Source: Spirochaetia bacterium
Lineage (GTDB): Bacteria > Spirochaetota > Spirochaetia > SZUA-6 > Bin103
Direction of reading: 5' to 3'
Assembly (NCBI GenBank): GCA_965203905.1
Contig: CBDBDQ010000005.1
Span: 2,624,001 to 2,688,000, forward strand
DNA length: 64,000 nt
Shown here: positions 1-10,117 of the stretch, one piece after another
How positions within the stretch are numbered: position 1 is the stretch's first letter
Layout: each line of letters starts with the position of its first letter
The notes under the pieces: generated by a model
What the model was told of the DNA's origin: nothing
What the model saw: the letters and a program-made list of their open reading frames with translations, nothing else
The model's database searches: none
Made by a program: the position numbers and the translations under genes

Positions 1-110
1 TCTCTACCTCGGCCAGCGGCGCAATGAGTCCGTCCGATCCCGGTCGAGTCACAGCGCAGGGACCCGCAGGGCCGGGAGGGGCGTCTGCCGGCGGCGGTCT
101 TGGGACGCCA

Positions 111-2060
111 TCATCGATCAGATGCGAGTCCGGGGATCTGTTCCGCACCGGCCACCACCTCGATCGAAGAGGCGGCGAAGTCATCGTCCACCGGCTGGTA
201 TCGACCGCCGAGGCAGCGTGCCAGGAACGACTCCGCCACGGCCATGAAGGAGAGGTTGTTTTCCGGCCGGGCGAAGCCGTGGCCCTCGTCGGGGTACAGC
301 AGGTAGGTGACCGGAATCCCGCGCTCCGTCATCGCCGCCACGATCTGGTCGGACTCCGCTTGCTTGACGCGCGGATCGTTGGCGCCCTGGCCGATCAGCA
401 GCGGGCGCACGATGCGGTCGACGCGCGACAACGGCGACCGCTCGGCCAGGAACCGCCGTCCCTCCGCGGTGGAGTTGTCGCCTACACGGGCGCGCAGCAG
501 CGCCAGCATCGGCTTCCAGTAGGGCGGTACGGTGTCGAGCAGGGTGTTCAGGTTGGACGGTCCGACGATATCCACGCCGCAGGCGAACACCTCGGGCGTG
601 AAGGTCAGTCCCACCAGGGTCGCATAGCCGCCGTAGCTGCCGCCCATGATCGCCACCCGGTCCCGGTCGGCGATCTCCTGGTCCACCGCCCACTCGACGA
701 CGTCGATCAGGTCGTCGTGCATCCTGCCGGCCCACTCCCGGTCGCCGGCGTTCACGAACTCTTTGCCGAAGCCGTGGGAACCGCGGTAATTCACCGAGAC
801 CACCGCGTAACCGCGGTTCGCCAGAAGCTGGTGGACGGGATGGTAGCCCCAGGAGTCCCGCGACCAGGGACCGCCGTGGACCAGCAGGATCGCCGGCAGC
901 GGTTCACGCGGGCGCTTGGCGTCATCCGCGGCGGAGCCAACCGGCAGGCTGTAGTAGACCACGATGTCGAGTTGGTCGCGCGACCGGACGACCGCGGAGT
1001 GCATCCGGGCGAGTGCGTGGCGCTCCAGATCGGGCCGGCTGGAGAACAGGTAGGTGAGGCGGCCGGACTCGCGGTCGTACCGGTAGTACGTGTCGGGCCC
1101 GTCGTCGCGGTCGCAGGTGACGATCCAGCGCCGCTGGTCCAGCGAGCGGGAGATCGACTGCACCTGGCCCTTGCTCTGGCTGCCGATTCGCTCGAAATCG
1201 GCGGCAAGGGCCTCGTCGAGTACCGTCCAGGTGCGGAACTGGTAGTCGAACGCCACCGCCTGCGGCCGGCGGGTCACGGGGTGGTGCACCTGGAAGGCGG
1301 CGTCGGCGCGCGGATTGCGGGCCAGTTCCCGATCGACCGCGGTCCGCAGGTCCATCGCCACGAGGGCCGACGTGTCGCGTCCGCGGCTGTCCAGCAGGTA
1401 CAGGGTGTGCCCGTCGGCGTCGAAACACAGCGGCTGGGTGGTCAGATCATCCTCTGCCGCGATGGTCAGGAAGGGCTCCCAGCGGCCGGACGCCGACCGC
1501 GCGAGCACTCGGCTGCCACCTTCCGGCGGGACCACGACGGCGAGGCGCGGGTTGAGGTCGCGGTCGGTCACGAAGCCGTTGGCGCCAATGTCGTTGCGCG
1601 CGATGAGCCGGGTCGCGCCGGTCAGAATGTTGACGCGGTACAGGTCGTGGAGCGAAGGATCGCGGCGGTTGAGCCCGATCAGCACCTCTTCAGGGAACCG
1701 GTCGGAGGTCTCCTGCAGGTTCGCCTGAACCCCGTCGTAAGGGGTCAGGTCGCGCACGGTCCCGGTCTCGACGTCGGCGGCGTAGAGGTGCCAGTTCTCG
1801 TCGCCGGCGCGGTCCTGCAGGTACAGGATGAACCTTGGATGGTAGGCCCAGGAGTAGATCCTGATGCCTCGGCCCTGGTCACGGGTTACCGGCGCGGCAT
1901 CCGCTATCGCGTCGAGCGGCGCCACCCATACGTTGAGCACGCCGTCGAGCGGCGCCAGGTAGGCGATCCGCGTCCCGTCGTGACTGATCGTGACAGCAGT
2001 GCGCTCGGGATTGCCGAATAGCGTCTTCCGGGGAATCAACTCTCTCTCGTGGTCTTCCAT
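111..2060 (-). CDS. S9 family peptidase (prolyl oligopeptidase/dipeptidyl aminopeptidase)
   Basis: VHGGPW, GGSYGG nucleophile motif, GANDPRV and DEGHG. Start taken at MEDHERE (ATG at 2060). Confidence 0.93.
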   Translation of the reverse strand: MEDHERELIPRKTLFGNPERTAVTISHDGTRIAYLAPLDGVLNVWVAPLDAIADAAPVTRDQGRGIRIYSWAYHPRFILYLQDRAGDENWHLYAADVETGTVRDLTPYDGVQANLQETSDRFPEEVLIGLNRRDPSLHDLYRVNILTGATRLIARNDIGANGFVTDRDLNPRLAVVVPPEGGSRVLARSASGRWEPFLTIAAEDDLTTQPLCFDADGHTLYLLDSRGRDTSALVAMDLRTAVDRELARNPRADAAFQVHHPVTRRPQAVAFDYQFRTWTVLDEALAADFERIGSQSKGQVQSISRSLDQRRWIVTCDRDDGPDTYYRYDRESGRLTYLFSSRPDLERHALARMHSAVVRSRDQLDIVVYYSLPVGSAADDAKRPREPLPAILLVHGGPWSRDSWGYHPVHQLLANRGYAVVSVNYRGSHGFGKEFVNAGDREWAGRMHDDLIDVVEWAVDQEIADRDRVAIMGGSYGGYATLVGLTFTPEVFACGVDIVGPSNLNTLLDTVPPYWKPMLALLRARVGDNSTAEGRRFLAERSPLSRVDRIVRPLLIGQGANDPRVKQAESDQIVAAMTERGIPVTYLLYPDEGHGFARPENNLSFMAVAESFLARCLGGRYQPVDDDFAASSIEVVAGAEQIPGLASDR

Positions 2061-2653
2061 GCTTTTTCCTTCCGGAGCACGCGGGCGCCGAGGGAGGTCA
2101 GGGTGTAACCGGTGTCGTGGCTGATGGTGAGGCCGAGCGCCTTCAGCTTGCGCACGTTGCTCTTGAAGGGCGCGGTCTCCAGCTCCAGGCGCGGTGCCAG
2201 CCGGGACGCCGCCACCCGCGGATTGGCGTCGATCAGGGCCAGGGTGGCGCCGGTCCACGGCCCCGCACGGCTGCGCGCGTCCATGTTGCGCAGCCGGCCC
2301 AGCAACTCGCGCAGTACCTCCTCGGTAACGTCGGCGGATACGTCGGCCACCGGGGTGCGCGGGTCGGGCAGGTAGTGGAAGCGGATTTCGAACACGGTCG
2401 TGGGATGGTCACCGGCACCCCGCGGAAACAGTTGCCGCAACAGGTCGTGCCGCGAGGCGAAGCCGGACGCGCGCGCCGCGGCATCGGTGATCTCCGACAC
2501 GGGCGTCTCGCGCACTTCATCCACCGCCACCACGCCGTCGGCGTTGAGCCGATACCTATTGCCCGCCTTGACCCGGGCGCGCTTCCAGGCGCGGTAGGTG
2601 ACGGTGATCTCGCCGCTCGCTATCGCCTCGTGAAACGAATACTTGAACAGCAT
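2036..2653 (-). CDS. ASCH-domain-like protein with C-terminal winged HTH
   Basis: N-terminus IASGEITVTYRAW...VKAG and AARASGF resemble ASCH. C-terminus FKSNVRKLKALGLTIS...GYTLT resembles a wHTH. Confidence 0.7.
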   Translation of the reverse strand: MLFKYSFHEAIASGEITVTYRAWKRARVKAGNRYRLNADGVVAVDEVRETPVSEITDAAARASGFASRHDLLRQLFPRGAGDHPTTVFEIRFHYLPDPRTPVADVSADVTEEVLRELLGRLRNMDARSRAGPWTGATLALIDANPRVAASRLAPRLELETAPFKSNVRKLKALGLTISHDTGYTLTSLGARVLRKEKAWKTTRES

Positions 2654-2658
2654 GAGAG

Positions 2659-3672
2659 CTATCGCCAGTCCGGGTCGTCCTGCAGATCCGCGGCGAGGTG
2701 CCGGCGGCGTTCCGCGGGAAGCCAGGAGGCGCGCACGGCATTCAGTATCAGGGTGCGGATCTCGTCGCGGCTGAAGCCGTGGACTTCGACCAGCGCCTGG
2801 AACTCCTGCGCCAGCGAGTTGCCGAACATCTCGGGATCATCGGTATTGATGGTGACCAGCAAACCGCGTTCAAAGTAACGCCGCACCGGGTGCGCGTCGA
2901 TAGACGGGACCACGTTGGTGCGCAGGTTCGAAATCGGGCACAGCTCCAGGGGAATCCGGTGCTCGGCCAGAAAGTCGACCAGGGTGGGATCTTCCTCGGC
3001 GCGGGTGGCATGCCCCAGCCGTTCGGCTCTGAGGCTGCGGATCGCACCCCATACGCTCTCCGCACCGGCAGCCTCGCCCGCGTGTGCACTGGTATGGAAG
3101 CCGAGCCGGCGCGCGTCCGCGAAGAGATCGGCAAACGGCTCCGGCGGGAAGGTCTGCTCGGAGCCGCCGAGGCCGATGCCGGCCACGCCGAGATCCTGCA
3201 CCTCCCGCACCTGCGCCAGTGTGCGCGCCGCGGCGGGCGGCACCGAGTCACGCACGAGGTCCGCCACCAGTGCCATCTCGACCTCCGGTACGCGGTCGAG
3301 CCCGCGGCGAATCGCCGCGGTCAACGGTTGCGGCTCCAGGCCCCGGTGGCGGAAGTCCGACGGCGAATAGTGGGCCTCCACATAGCGCACGTTCTGTCGC
3401 GCCAGTTCGCGCGCCACGGCTTCGGCGATCAGTGTGAAGTCCTCGTACTCGCGCAGGAACCCGTTCTTCCAGATCCAGGTCTCGATGAAGTGGGGGAAGT
3501 CCCGGTAGGCGAACCTGCGGGCCAGCGCCTGGCGGTCGGGAACAGTGGGATCGCCGCCGTACTTCTGCATCAGCTCCCACAGCGCAGCGTGTGGAATCGC
3601 CCCCTCCAGGTGGAGGTGCAGCTCGACTTTCGGAACCCGGCGCAGCCAGTCCGAGGTCGAGCCGGCGGTCAA
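2659..3672 (-). CDS. add: Adenosine/adenine deaminase
   Basis: PKVELHLHLEG, HAGE, RLGH, CPISN and NTDDP motifs. The probable TTG start overlaps the stop of the upstream gene. Confidence 0.92.
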   Translation of the reverse strand: MTAGSTSDWLRRVPKVELHLHLEGAIPHAALWELMQKYGGDPTVPDRQALARRFAYRDFPHFIETWIWKNGFLREYEDFTLIAEAVARELARQNVRYVEAHYSPSDFRHRGLEPQPLTAAIRRGLDRVPEVEMALVADLVRDSVPPAAARTLAQVREVQDLGVAGIGLGGSEQTFPPEPFADLFADARRLGFHTSAHAGEAAGAESVWGAIRSLRAERLGHATRAEEDPTLVDFLAEHRIPLELCPISNLRTNVVPSIDAHPVRRYFERGLLVTINTDDPEMFGNSLAQEFQALVEVHGFSRDEIRTLILNAVRASWLPAERRRHLAADLQDDPDWR

Positions 3673-4319
3673 AAATAGACCTCGGCGAACAGGTCGGTGC
3701 TGGGGATGCCGCCGGTCTTGAGGATGTCGAACGCCTCGAAGATCATCTCGCTGTTGCCGCACAGGTAACACAGCGTGCCGGGTTGCGCGGGGTGAGCGCG
3801 CAGGTAGGCGGTGACGCGGCCGGCGAAGCCGGCGTCGGCGGTTACCGCCTCGCGGCTGAGGCAGGGCAGGTAGCGGGCGGGAGGGTAGCAGTGGCGATCG
3901 TACGTCTCGGTCGTGCTGCGGACGCCGTGGAGGAGGCGGTAGTCGAGGCCGGGATAACTGCGAGCGAAACAGCGGAACGGGGCGATACCGGTCCCGGAGG
4001 CCACAAACAGGAGCGGGCCTCCGCGGGCCGCCTCGGGGATCAGGAAGTAGCCGAACGGACCGTCCACCTCCAGCGCAGCACCGGGGGCCAACCGCGCGAG
4101 CTGGTGGGAGACGGTGCCGCCTTCTACTTGCTTGATCAGCACTTCCAGAAACGGGTCAGCGCTCCCGGAGTAGATCGAGTACTCGCGCCGCGCGGTGCTG
4201 CCGGGCAAACCGAGCGTGACGTACTGCCCCGGCTCGAACTTCAACTCGCCGCGCTCCAGTTGGAGCACGTACGCGGAGGGACTGAGCCGGCGGATCGACT
4301 GGACGCGGTGCTCAGCCAC
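3669..4319 (-). CDS. Ferredoxin-NADP(+) reductase-like FAD/NAD-binding oxidoreductase
   Basis: FEPGQY, RREYSI, GPFG, ASGTGIAPF and YLCG motifs. GTG start at 4319. Confidence 0.9.
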   Translation of the reverse strand: MAEHRVQSIRRLSPSAYVLQLERGELKFEPGQYVTLGLPGSTARREYSIYSGSADPFLEVLIKQVEGGTVSHQLARLAPGAALEVDGPFGYFLIPEAARGGPLLFVASGTGIAPFRCFARSYPGLDYRLLHGVRSTTETYDRHCYPPARYLPCLSREAVTADAGFAGRVTAYLRAHPAQPGTLCYLCGNSEMIFEAFDILKTGGIPSTDLFAEVYF

Positions 4320-4368
4320 GCACACGTCCGCGGTCGGCGGCCCGCAACGGCACCAGAAGGATGCTCAA
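4312..4368 (-). pseudogene. Displaced 3' end of mnmG (19 codons)
   Basis: Reads LSILLVPLRAADRGRVRG*, against the mnmG C-terminus LSILLVQLRAAGRPRAGT* (8042-8098). Its TGA overlaps the FNR GTG start. Confidence 0.8.
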
Positions 4369-4529
4369 GTGTGGCGGATGCACGGCGCGTATCAGCCTTC
4401 CCTGTCCATACGTGACGCCGATACATCACCTCGGATACCTCCACCATGTCAATCGAGATTCCCACTCGCCCCCCAGTAGCGGAGCGCATGATTGTTCCTG
4501 CGTGGGGCGGCAGTGTCGACCCCACGTGA

Positions 4530-5747
4530 GTGCGAAGATCGACCGCGGTCTATACTCGCTGCCCCATGTCACCTCTGCGACGGGTTCAGATTGTCTGGTG
4601 CGTCCATCACCTGTTGGGGCAACTCGTTCTGATCTACCCGGTCTACGCTATCATGATGGAACAACGTGGCATCGTTCCCTTCCAGTTGTCCGTATTGCTT
4701 GCGCTGTGGTCGGCCTTTGTCATCATGGCAGAGGTCCCCATGGGGGCACTGGCGGACCGAGTTTCACGAACGCTGCTGCTGATGATATCGCGGCTCCTGA
4801 AGGGTTGCTGCTTTCTCATGTGGATCATCATGCCTGGATTCTGGGGCTATCTCGTGGGCTTTCTCTGTTGGGGTCTTGCTTCGACTTTGCGCTCTGGCAC
4901 GGAGGAGTCGATGCTGCACGATTCTTTGCTGGAGATCGACCGGCTCGACCAGTTCGAGATGGTCTACGGCCGGGCCGTAGCGGCACGACACGCAGGCGTT
5001 GTCGCCTCGTTCGCGGTCGGTGGGCTCCTCGCCGAAGCCAAGGGGTTCGGCCTTCCACTTGCGTTGTCCGTTGCGGGGCCGTGGCTTGGAGCTGTAGTGG
5101 TGGCAAAGGCAATGTCCGATCCGCCACGGAGTTCGTTCGGTCCTGTTGTGCCCCGTCGCTACCGCGATACGGTGCGGGCCGGTTTGGCCGAGGTTCGCTC
5201 AAGCTCGGTGCTGCTTCATGTTGTTGGCATCGGTGCGACGGTCGCCTGTGTTTGGGGGGCCGCCGAGGAGTTGGTCCCGGTGTACCTGGCGGAGAAGGAG
5301 CGGTTCACTCTTGCTTCGATCGGTCTTGTCCTGGCGTGTACGTCGGCCGTGAGTGTCGTCGCAACGGCCTTCGCTCATCGGCTTCCGGTGCGTTCCGTGG
5401 ACACAATCCCCGTAGTTTTCGCTCTGGCCAGCGGTCTGTTGCTTGCCTCTGTTGCAGCCGATGGTGTATTGGCCTCTTGCTTGCTGGTCGCCGCGGCCGG
5501 CACCAACGGTTCCGGTACAGTTCTGCTGGCCGGGCACCTCCAGCGATCAATTCTCGGACCTGCACGCGCGACCGTCACTTCGGTCCAGAACATGGGTCAG
5601 GAGGTAGGCGGGATAGTTCTGTATTTGTCTCTCGGATCGATAGCCTCGGTCACGAGTTGGCATGCCGGTATCGGCGTGGTTTGCGCGGTGGCCGTTGCCC
5701 TCTGTGCCGCGTTCCTGATCGTCCCGGCCAAACGCGGAACCAGATAG
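4530..5747 (+). CDS. MFS transporter
   Basis: EVPMGALADRVSR (MFS motif A-like) and many hydrophobic segments. GC is lower than the flanks. Start uncertain. Confidence 0.85.
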   Translation: MRRSTAVYTRCPMSPLRRVQIVWCVHHLLGQLVLIYPVYAIMMEQRGIVPFQLSVLLALWSAFVIMAEVPMGALADRVSRTLLLMISRLLKGCCFLMWIIMPGFWGYLVGFLCWGLASTLRSGTEESMLHDSLLEIDRLDQFEMVYGRAVAARHAGVVASFAVGGLLAEAKGFGLPLALSVAGPWLGAVVVAKAMSDPPRSSFGPVVPRRYRDTVRAGLAEVRSSSVLLHVVGIGATVACVWGAAEELVPVYLAEKERFTLASIGLVLACTSAVSVVATAFAHRLPVRSVDTIPVVFALASGLLLASVAADGVLASCLLVAAAGTNGSGTVLLAGHLQRSILGPARATVTSVQNMGQEVGGIVLYLSLGSIASVTSWHAGIGVVCAVAVALCAAFLIVPAKRGTR

Positions 5748-5802
5748 TGGTGAAGGGATAGGCGCCAGCCGGGTGCCGCGCAGCTCGGCGCCGGCGGCTC
5801 GG

Positions 5803-7441
5803 TCAGGGACCGCCACCCGCCACGGCGCCCGGCGCTTCCTGCGTCGGCGGCTGCCACAACACGTCGAGCGCCGCCGCCAGGTCCAGCGATTCCCCGTACC
5901 AGTCGGGGGTGGCGGTATGGGGACCGATGCTGGCACCGGCTTCCGCCAGACGCGCGTCGGTCGGCCCCAGCGGCGCCCCCTCCCAGCACACCGCCGGTGG
6001 CTCCGCCGGCAACGGCACGCCGTCCGGACGCAGGAACCGGAACTGCCCATCGGCGTCGGCGACCACCTGAAACCCCTCTTCGTGCACCGCGCGGTGGTGG
6101 AATTCGACACAGAGAAGCCAGGTTGGCGAGCTTGGTCGCCCCGCCGTCGGCCCAGTGCACGATGTGGTGGGCGTCGCAGTGGTGGGATTCGCAGCCGGGG
6201 AACTGACACTGACTGCGATCGCGGTCCAGCAGGGCACGGCGCAGGGCGGTCGGGATCGTGCGCGTCCTGCGACCGACGTCGAGCACCTCGCCATCGGCGC
6301 CGTGGCACAGCGCGACGAGGGCGGCATCGCAGGCGACCCGGCGCGCCGCCTCCCTGCCCAGGTGCAGACCGCCTGCCTGGTCAATGACCGCCTGACCGGC
6401 GTCGAGGTCCGTTGGCGTTGGCCCACACTCGCAGGCGCCGTCGGTCGCCTCCGGCGTTTCCGCTGCAACGTGCGGCGTGGCGGTGGCCGGCTCCCTGCCC
6501 GCGGGCGCCGCGGCAGTGACCGGTTGCGAGGGCGCCTCACTGGCCGCACGCGTTTCCACGGAAAGGTGCGGCGTGGCGCTGGCCGGCTCGCGCGCAGCAA
6601 GAGTGCCCGCCGGCACGTGCACCGTCACCTGGAAGCGGTCGCCGGGGTTGCCCGGATCGAGCCCGCCGGCCAGCGCACTCTCGGCCACCAGCCCCAGCGC
6701 ATCGGCGCGCCGATGCGCAATCGTGGGCTGCTCGCCGTTCGCGCCCGCCGCCGGCGCCGGTACCTGCTCCAGCGCCGCCTCCACGGCGCGCAGCAGCACC
6801 GCGCCCACCTCAGGGGTCAGCCGCGCGCGCAGCACCAGCATGCCGTCCTCGTCCACCTGCGTGCTCAGCATGCGGCTTGCCAGGCGCACCTGCTCGCCAT
6901 CCGCCTGGGCGGCCTGGTCCGCCTGCCGCCAGCCCCGCACCAGCCGCTCCACCTGCGCCGCGGTGGAGCTGCAGGCCACCGCCAGCAGCCGTGCCTCGGT
7001 CGCAGGCGAAGCCACCCGCGTGAGGGCTCTGACTTTCGAATAGGAGAGCCGGCCGCAGGCCATGGCTGCGGAGATGTGGGGCAGCTCGGCCAGGGCGGCG
7101 GCCACGCGCAGCTTCTCGCGGGCAGCGCCGAGGTCGAGGCTGGTGCGCCAGTTGAGCCAGTGGGCGCAGGAGCGGAAGCCCTCCCAGCCGTGCTGCTGAT
7201 TGAACTGATGCAGGTAGCACAGCAGCTCGTAGGTGGCGGCGTCGATGCGCGCCGACAGCTCGGCGATGCGGTTACCGAGGCGGTCCAGGTCGCGTGGCTC
7301 GGCACGGTCCGGCAGCGTCGCTGCCGGAGGGTGAGCGGCCTGAGCGGTGGCGCCCGCGCCCGCGGGCAGCTCGGTCAGCGCCGGCTCGCGGCACACGAGC
7401 GCCGCTGCCTGGCGCGTAAGGATGGTCGTGTCGGGTTCCAT
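5803..7441 (-). pseudogene. DUF222/13E12-repeat-type protein with C-terminal HNH endonuclease, frameshifted at about 6101
   Basis: SCAHWLNWR, GRLSYSKVRALTR, RRVACDA, DRDxxCQFPGC, DAHHIVHWADGG. The C-terminus FHHRAVHEEGF continues in another frame because of one extra base near 6101. Confidence 0.85.
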
Positions 7442-7777
7442 GATGGGCTATCGTACACCCGGATTTCGGCCACCCCCTGACGGCCCGTAGGGGCGTCGGA
7501 TGCCGATTTGCGGCTTTCAAGGTCATTCCTGCGTGGCGACGCACAGAGCGCGCGCCAGACACACTCCAGGACAGAATCCCGCAGGGTCGGACACGTCGCA
7601 AAATTGGACCGCCAAAGGCGTGTCAACCCCTGAACCTGAGGAATCTGAGAATTAGCGGGTTTTTTTCCATTTCCGGGACCACGGTGCGGGGCAGGAGCGA
7701 GCCGCATGCTGCGGCGCCAGGTCGGGCACAGCGCTGCATCCCGGGCCGGCGGTGTGGCAGCGGCGGCTGGCAGGTAA

Positions 7778-7818
7778 CAGCCACGCGCGCGTGGGCGGCC
7801 GGCGGCCCGCAACGGCAC
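7778..7818 (-). repeat. Second displaced mnmG 3'-end copy; 41-bp imperfect direct repeat of 4313-4353
   Basis: 36 of 41 bases identical to 4313-4353. Encodes VPLRAAGRPRARG. Confidence 0.8.
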
Positions 7819-7823
7819 GGTAC

Positions 7824-8045
7824 TTACTTCGTGGAACGCAGAGATGCGTGAGCGTGTTGCGGCACGTCCACGGCTACAAAGTAGGATTCAGGATACAGAT
7901 AATCTTCGCCCGATTCGTCTATCACGCGCATATATCCTTCCCGCTCGGCTTCTTCATCGTGAACAATTTGATAGACCTTCCGGGTCTCGAGATCGCTGCA
8001 CTCTCTATTCTCGATGCACACTACGAATCGTACTCTCATTCTCAC
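7824..8045 (-). CDS. Small conserved hypothetical protein (RVIDESGEDYLYP motif)
   Basis: 73-aa ORF whose start overlaps the mnmG stop. Lower GC than neighbours. Confidence 0.7.
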   Translation of the reverse strand: MRMRVRFVVCIENRECSDLETRKVYQIVHDEEAEREGYMRVIDESGEDYLYPESYFVAVDVPQHAHASLRSTK

Positions 8046-9991
8046 GTACCCGCGCGTGGGCGGCCGGCGGCGCGGAGCTGTACCAGCAGGATGCTGAGGT
8101 CGGCCGGACTTACGCCACTGATGCGGCTGGCCTGGCCGAGCGTGCGCGGGCGCACCTGCTGGAGCTTCTCGCGACCCTCCTGCGAGAGCGCCTTGAACGC
8201 GGCGTAGTCGAGGGAGGGGGGGATGCGCAGTGCCTCGAACCGCTGCAGCCGCTCGATGTTGTCACGCTCGCGGGCGATGTAGCCTTCGTACTTCAGTTCC
8301 ACTTCGGCCGCGGCCAGCAGCTCGGGATCGGCGAGCAGAGCGGCCAGTGGCGGGCTGTCACCGGTTGCACCCGCGCTTGGCACGGTCGCCGGGTCCGCCG
8401 CCGGCACGGTCTCGCTTAGCAGGGCGGCCAGTCGGACCTCGGGGCGCCGGCACAGGGCGGCGGCGGTCTCGGGGCGCTGCAGCTCGCTGGCGCCGCGTGA
8501 CCGCAGCCAGCCGTTGATCCTGGCCGGCGCCAGGGTGGTGCCGCGCAACTCGGCGACGGCGGTGGCCAGCAGCTCGGAACGGCGGCGGAGCTGCGCCATC
8601 GCCTGGTCGGCGATCAGGCCCAGCTCATGCCCGTACGCGCTCAGGCGGCGGTCGGCGTTGTCCTGGCGCAACACCAGGCGATGCTCGGCGCGCGAGGTGA
8701 ACATGCGATACGGCTCGTGTGAGGGCTTGGTGACCAGGTCGTCGATCAGCACCCCGATGTAGGCTTCGTCGCGGCGCAGCACCAGTTCGTCACGGGCGCC
8801 GTTCGCGCCACCACGCACGGACAGCGCCGCGTTGATCCCGGCCATCAGCCCCTGCGCGGCGGCTTCCTCGTAGCCGGAAGTGCCGTTCACCTGGCCGGCG
8901 AAGTAGAGCCCGCGCAGGTGCTTGCTCTCCAGCGTGGCGTCCACCTGGTAGGCGGGAAAGAAGTCGTACTCCACGGCGTAGCCGTAGCGCGCCACCGCCA
9001 CCTGCTCCAGGCCGCGCACCGTGTGCAGCGCCGCCACCTGCACCTCCGCCGGCAGCGAGCTGGAGAAGCCGTTGAGGTAGACCAGGTCGCTGTCCAGTCC
9101 CTCCGGCTCCAGGAACAGTTGATGACGGTCGCGGTCGGCGAAGCGCACCACCTTGTCCTCGATGGAGGGGCAGTAGCGCGGCCCGGCACCCCGAATGCGG
9201 CCGGTGAACATCGGGGAGCGGTCGAAGCCGGTGGCCAGCATCTCGTGGGTGCCCCGATTGGTGAAGGTGATGTGGCAGCTCACCTGCGGCAGGCGCGGGA
9301 ACCGGGCCGGATCGGTGCGGCGCGAGAACGGCACCGGGCGCTCGTCGCCCGGCTGCTCCTCCAGCACGTCGAAGTCGATGCTGGCACGCTGCAGGCGTGG
9401 TGGGGTGCCGGTCTTGAGGCGTCCGGTCTCGATGCCCAGGCGCCGGAACGCCTGCGACAGGCCGGTGGCCGGCCGCTCGCCGTAGCGTCCGCCGGCGCGC
9501 CCTTCGAGGCCGGTAAACAGCACGCCGTCGAGAAAGGTGCCGGAGGCCACCACCAGCGCACGACAGCCGATCTCCTCGCCGGCGCCGGTCACCACCGCCG
9601 CTACCCGGCCGCCACGGGCAATCACGTCCACCACCGTTTCCTCGATGACGGTGATGGCACTCTCGGCCGCCACCAGCCCCTGCGCCGCGACGGCGTACGC
9701 CTCGCGGTCGGACTGGCACCGCGACGACCAGATCGCCGGGCCCTTGGAACGGTTCAGCAGCCGGAACTGAATGCCGGTGGCATCGGCCAACTCGCCCATC
9801 ACCCCACCGAGGGCGTCGATCTCGTGCACCAGGTGGCCCTTGGCGGTTCCACCGATGGCGGGGTTGCAGGACATGCGGCCGATGGCCGCCGCCTCGCTGG
9901 TGACCAGCCCTACGCTGCATCCCATGCGAGCGGCCGCCACCGCCGCTTCGATGCCGGCGTGCCCGCCGCCGATCACAATCAAGTCGAACAT
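8042..9991 (-). CDS. mnmG: tRNA uridine 5-carboxymethylaminomethyl modification enzyme MnmG (GidA)
   Basis: VIGGGHAG, MSCNPAIGG, RLKTGTPPR, GPRYCPSIEDK, AGQVNGTSGYEEAAAQG and YRMFTSRAE motifs. Confidence 0.98.
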   Translation of the reverse strand: MFDLIVIGGGHAGIEAAVAAARMGCSVGLVTSEAAAIGRMSCNPAIGGTAKGHLVHEIDALGGVMGELADATGIQFRLLNRSKGPAIWSSRCQSDREAYAVAAQGLVAAESAITVIEETVVDVIARGGRVAAVVTGAGEEIGCRALVVASGTFLDGVLFTGLEGRAGGRYGERPATGLSQAFRRLGIETGRLKTGTPPRLQRASIDFDVLEEQPGDERPVPFSRRTDPARFPRLPQVSCHITFTNRGTHEMLATGFDRSPMFTGRIRGAGPRYCPSIEDKVVRFADRDRHQLFLEPEGLDSDLVYLNGFSSSLPAEVQVAALHTVRGLEQVAVARYGYAVEYDFFPAYQVDATLESKHLRGLYFAGQVNGTSGYEEAAAQGLMAGINAALSVRGGANGARDELVLRRDEAYIGVLIDDLVTKPSHEPYRMFTSRAEHRLVLRQDNADRRLSAYGHELGLIADQAMAQLRRRSELLATAVAELRGTTLAPARINGWLRSRGASELQRPETAAALCRRPEVRLAALLSETVPAADPATVPSAGATGDSPPLAALLADPELLAAAEVELKYEGYIARERDNIERLQRFEALRIPPSLDYAAFKALSQEGREKLQQVRPRTLGQASRISGVSPADLSILLVQLRAAGRPRAGT

Positions 9992-10117
9992 CCTGCTCCG
10001 CCGCCTGAACCGGAAGGTAACAAACGAAGCGGTGGGTGGCGACATCGGTACCGTGACGGTTGCCTTACATAGAAGTATTACGTATCATACTTCTATGTAT
10101 CGAGCGAGACGGCGGCG

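Noticed and set aside
24-2021. Long antisense or alternative-frame ORFs (for example 24-2021, 27877-29805, 29781-31685, 50462-52141, 52808-54718)
   Set aside because: Shadow ORFs of high-GC genes, with no motifs and opposite well-supported genes.
7645-7655. 11-mer CTGAGAATTAG shared with 23103-23113
   Set aside because: No flanking similarity, so it may be chance.
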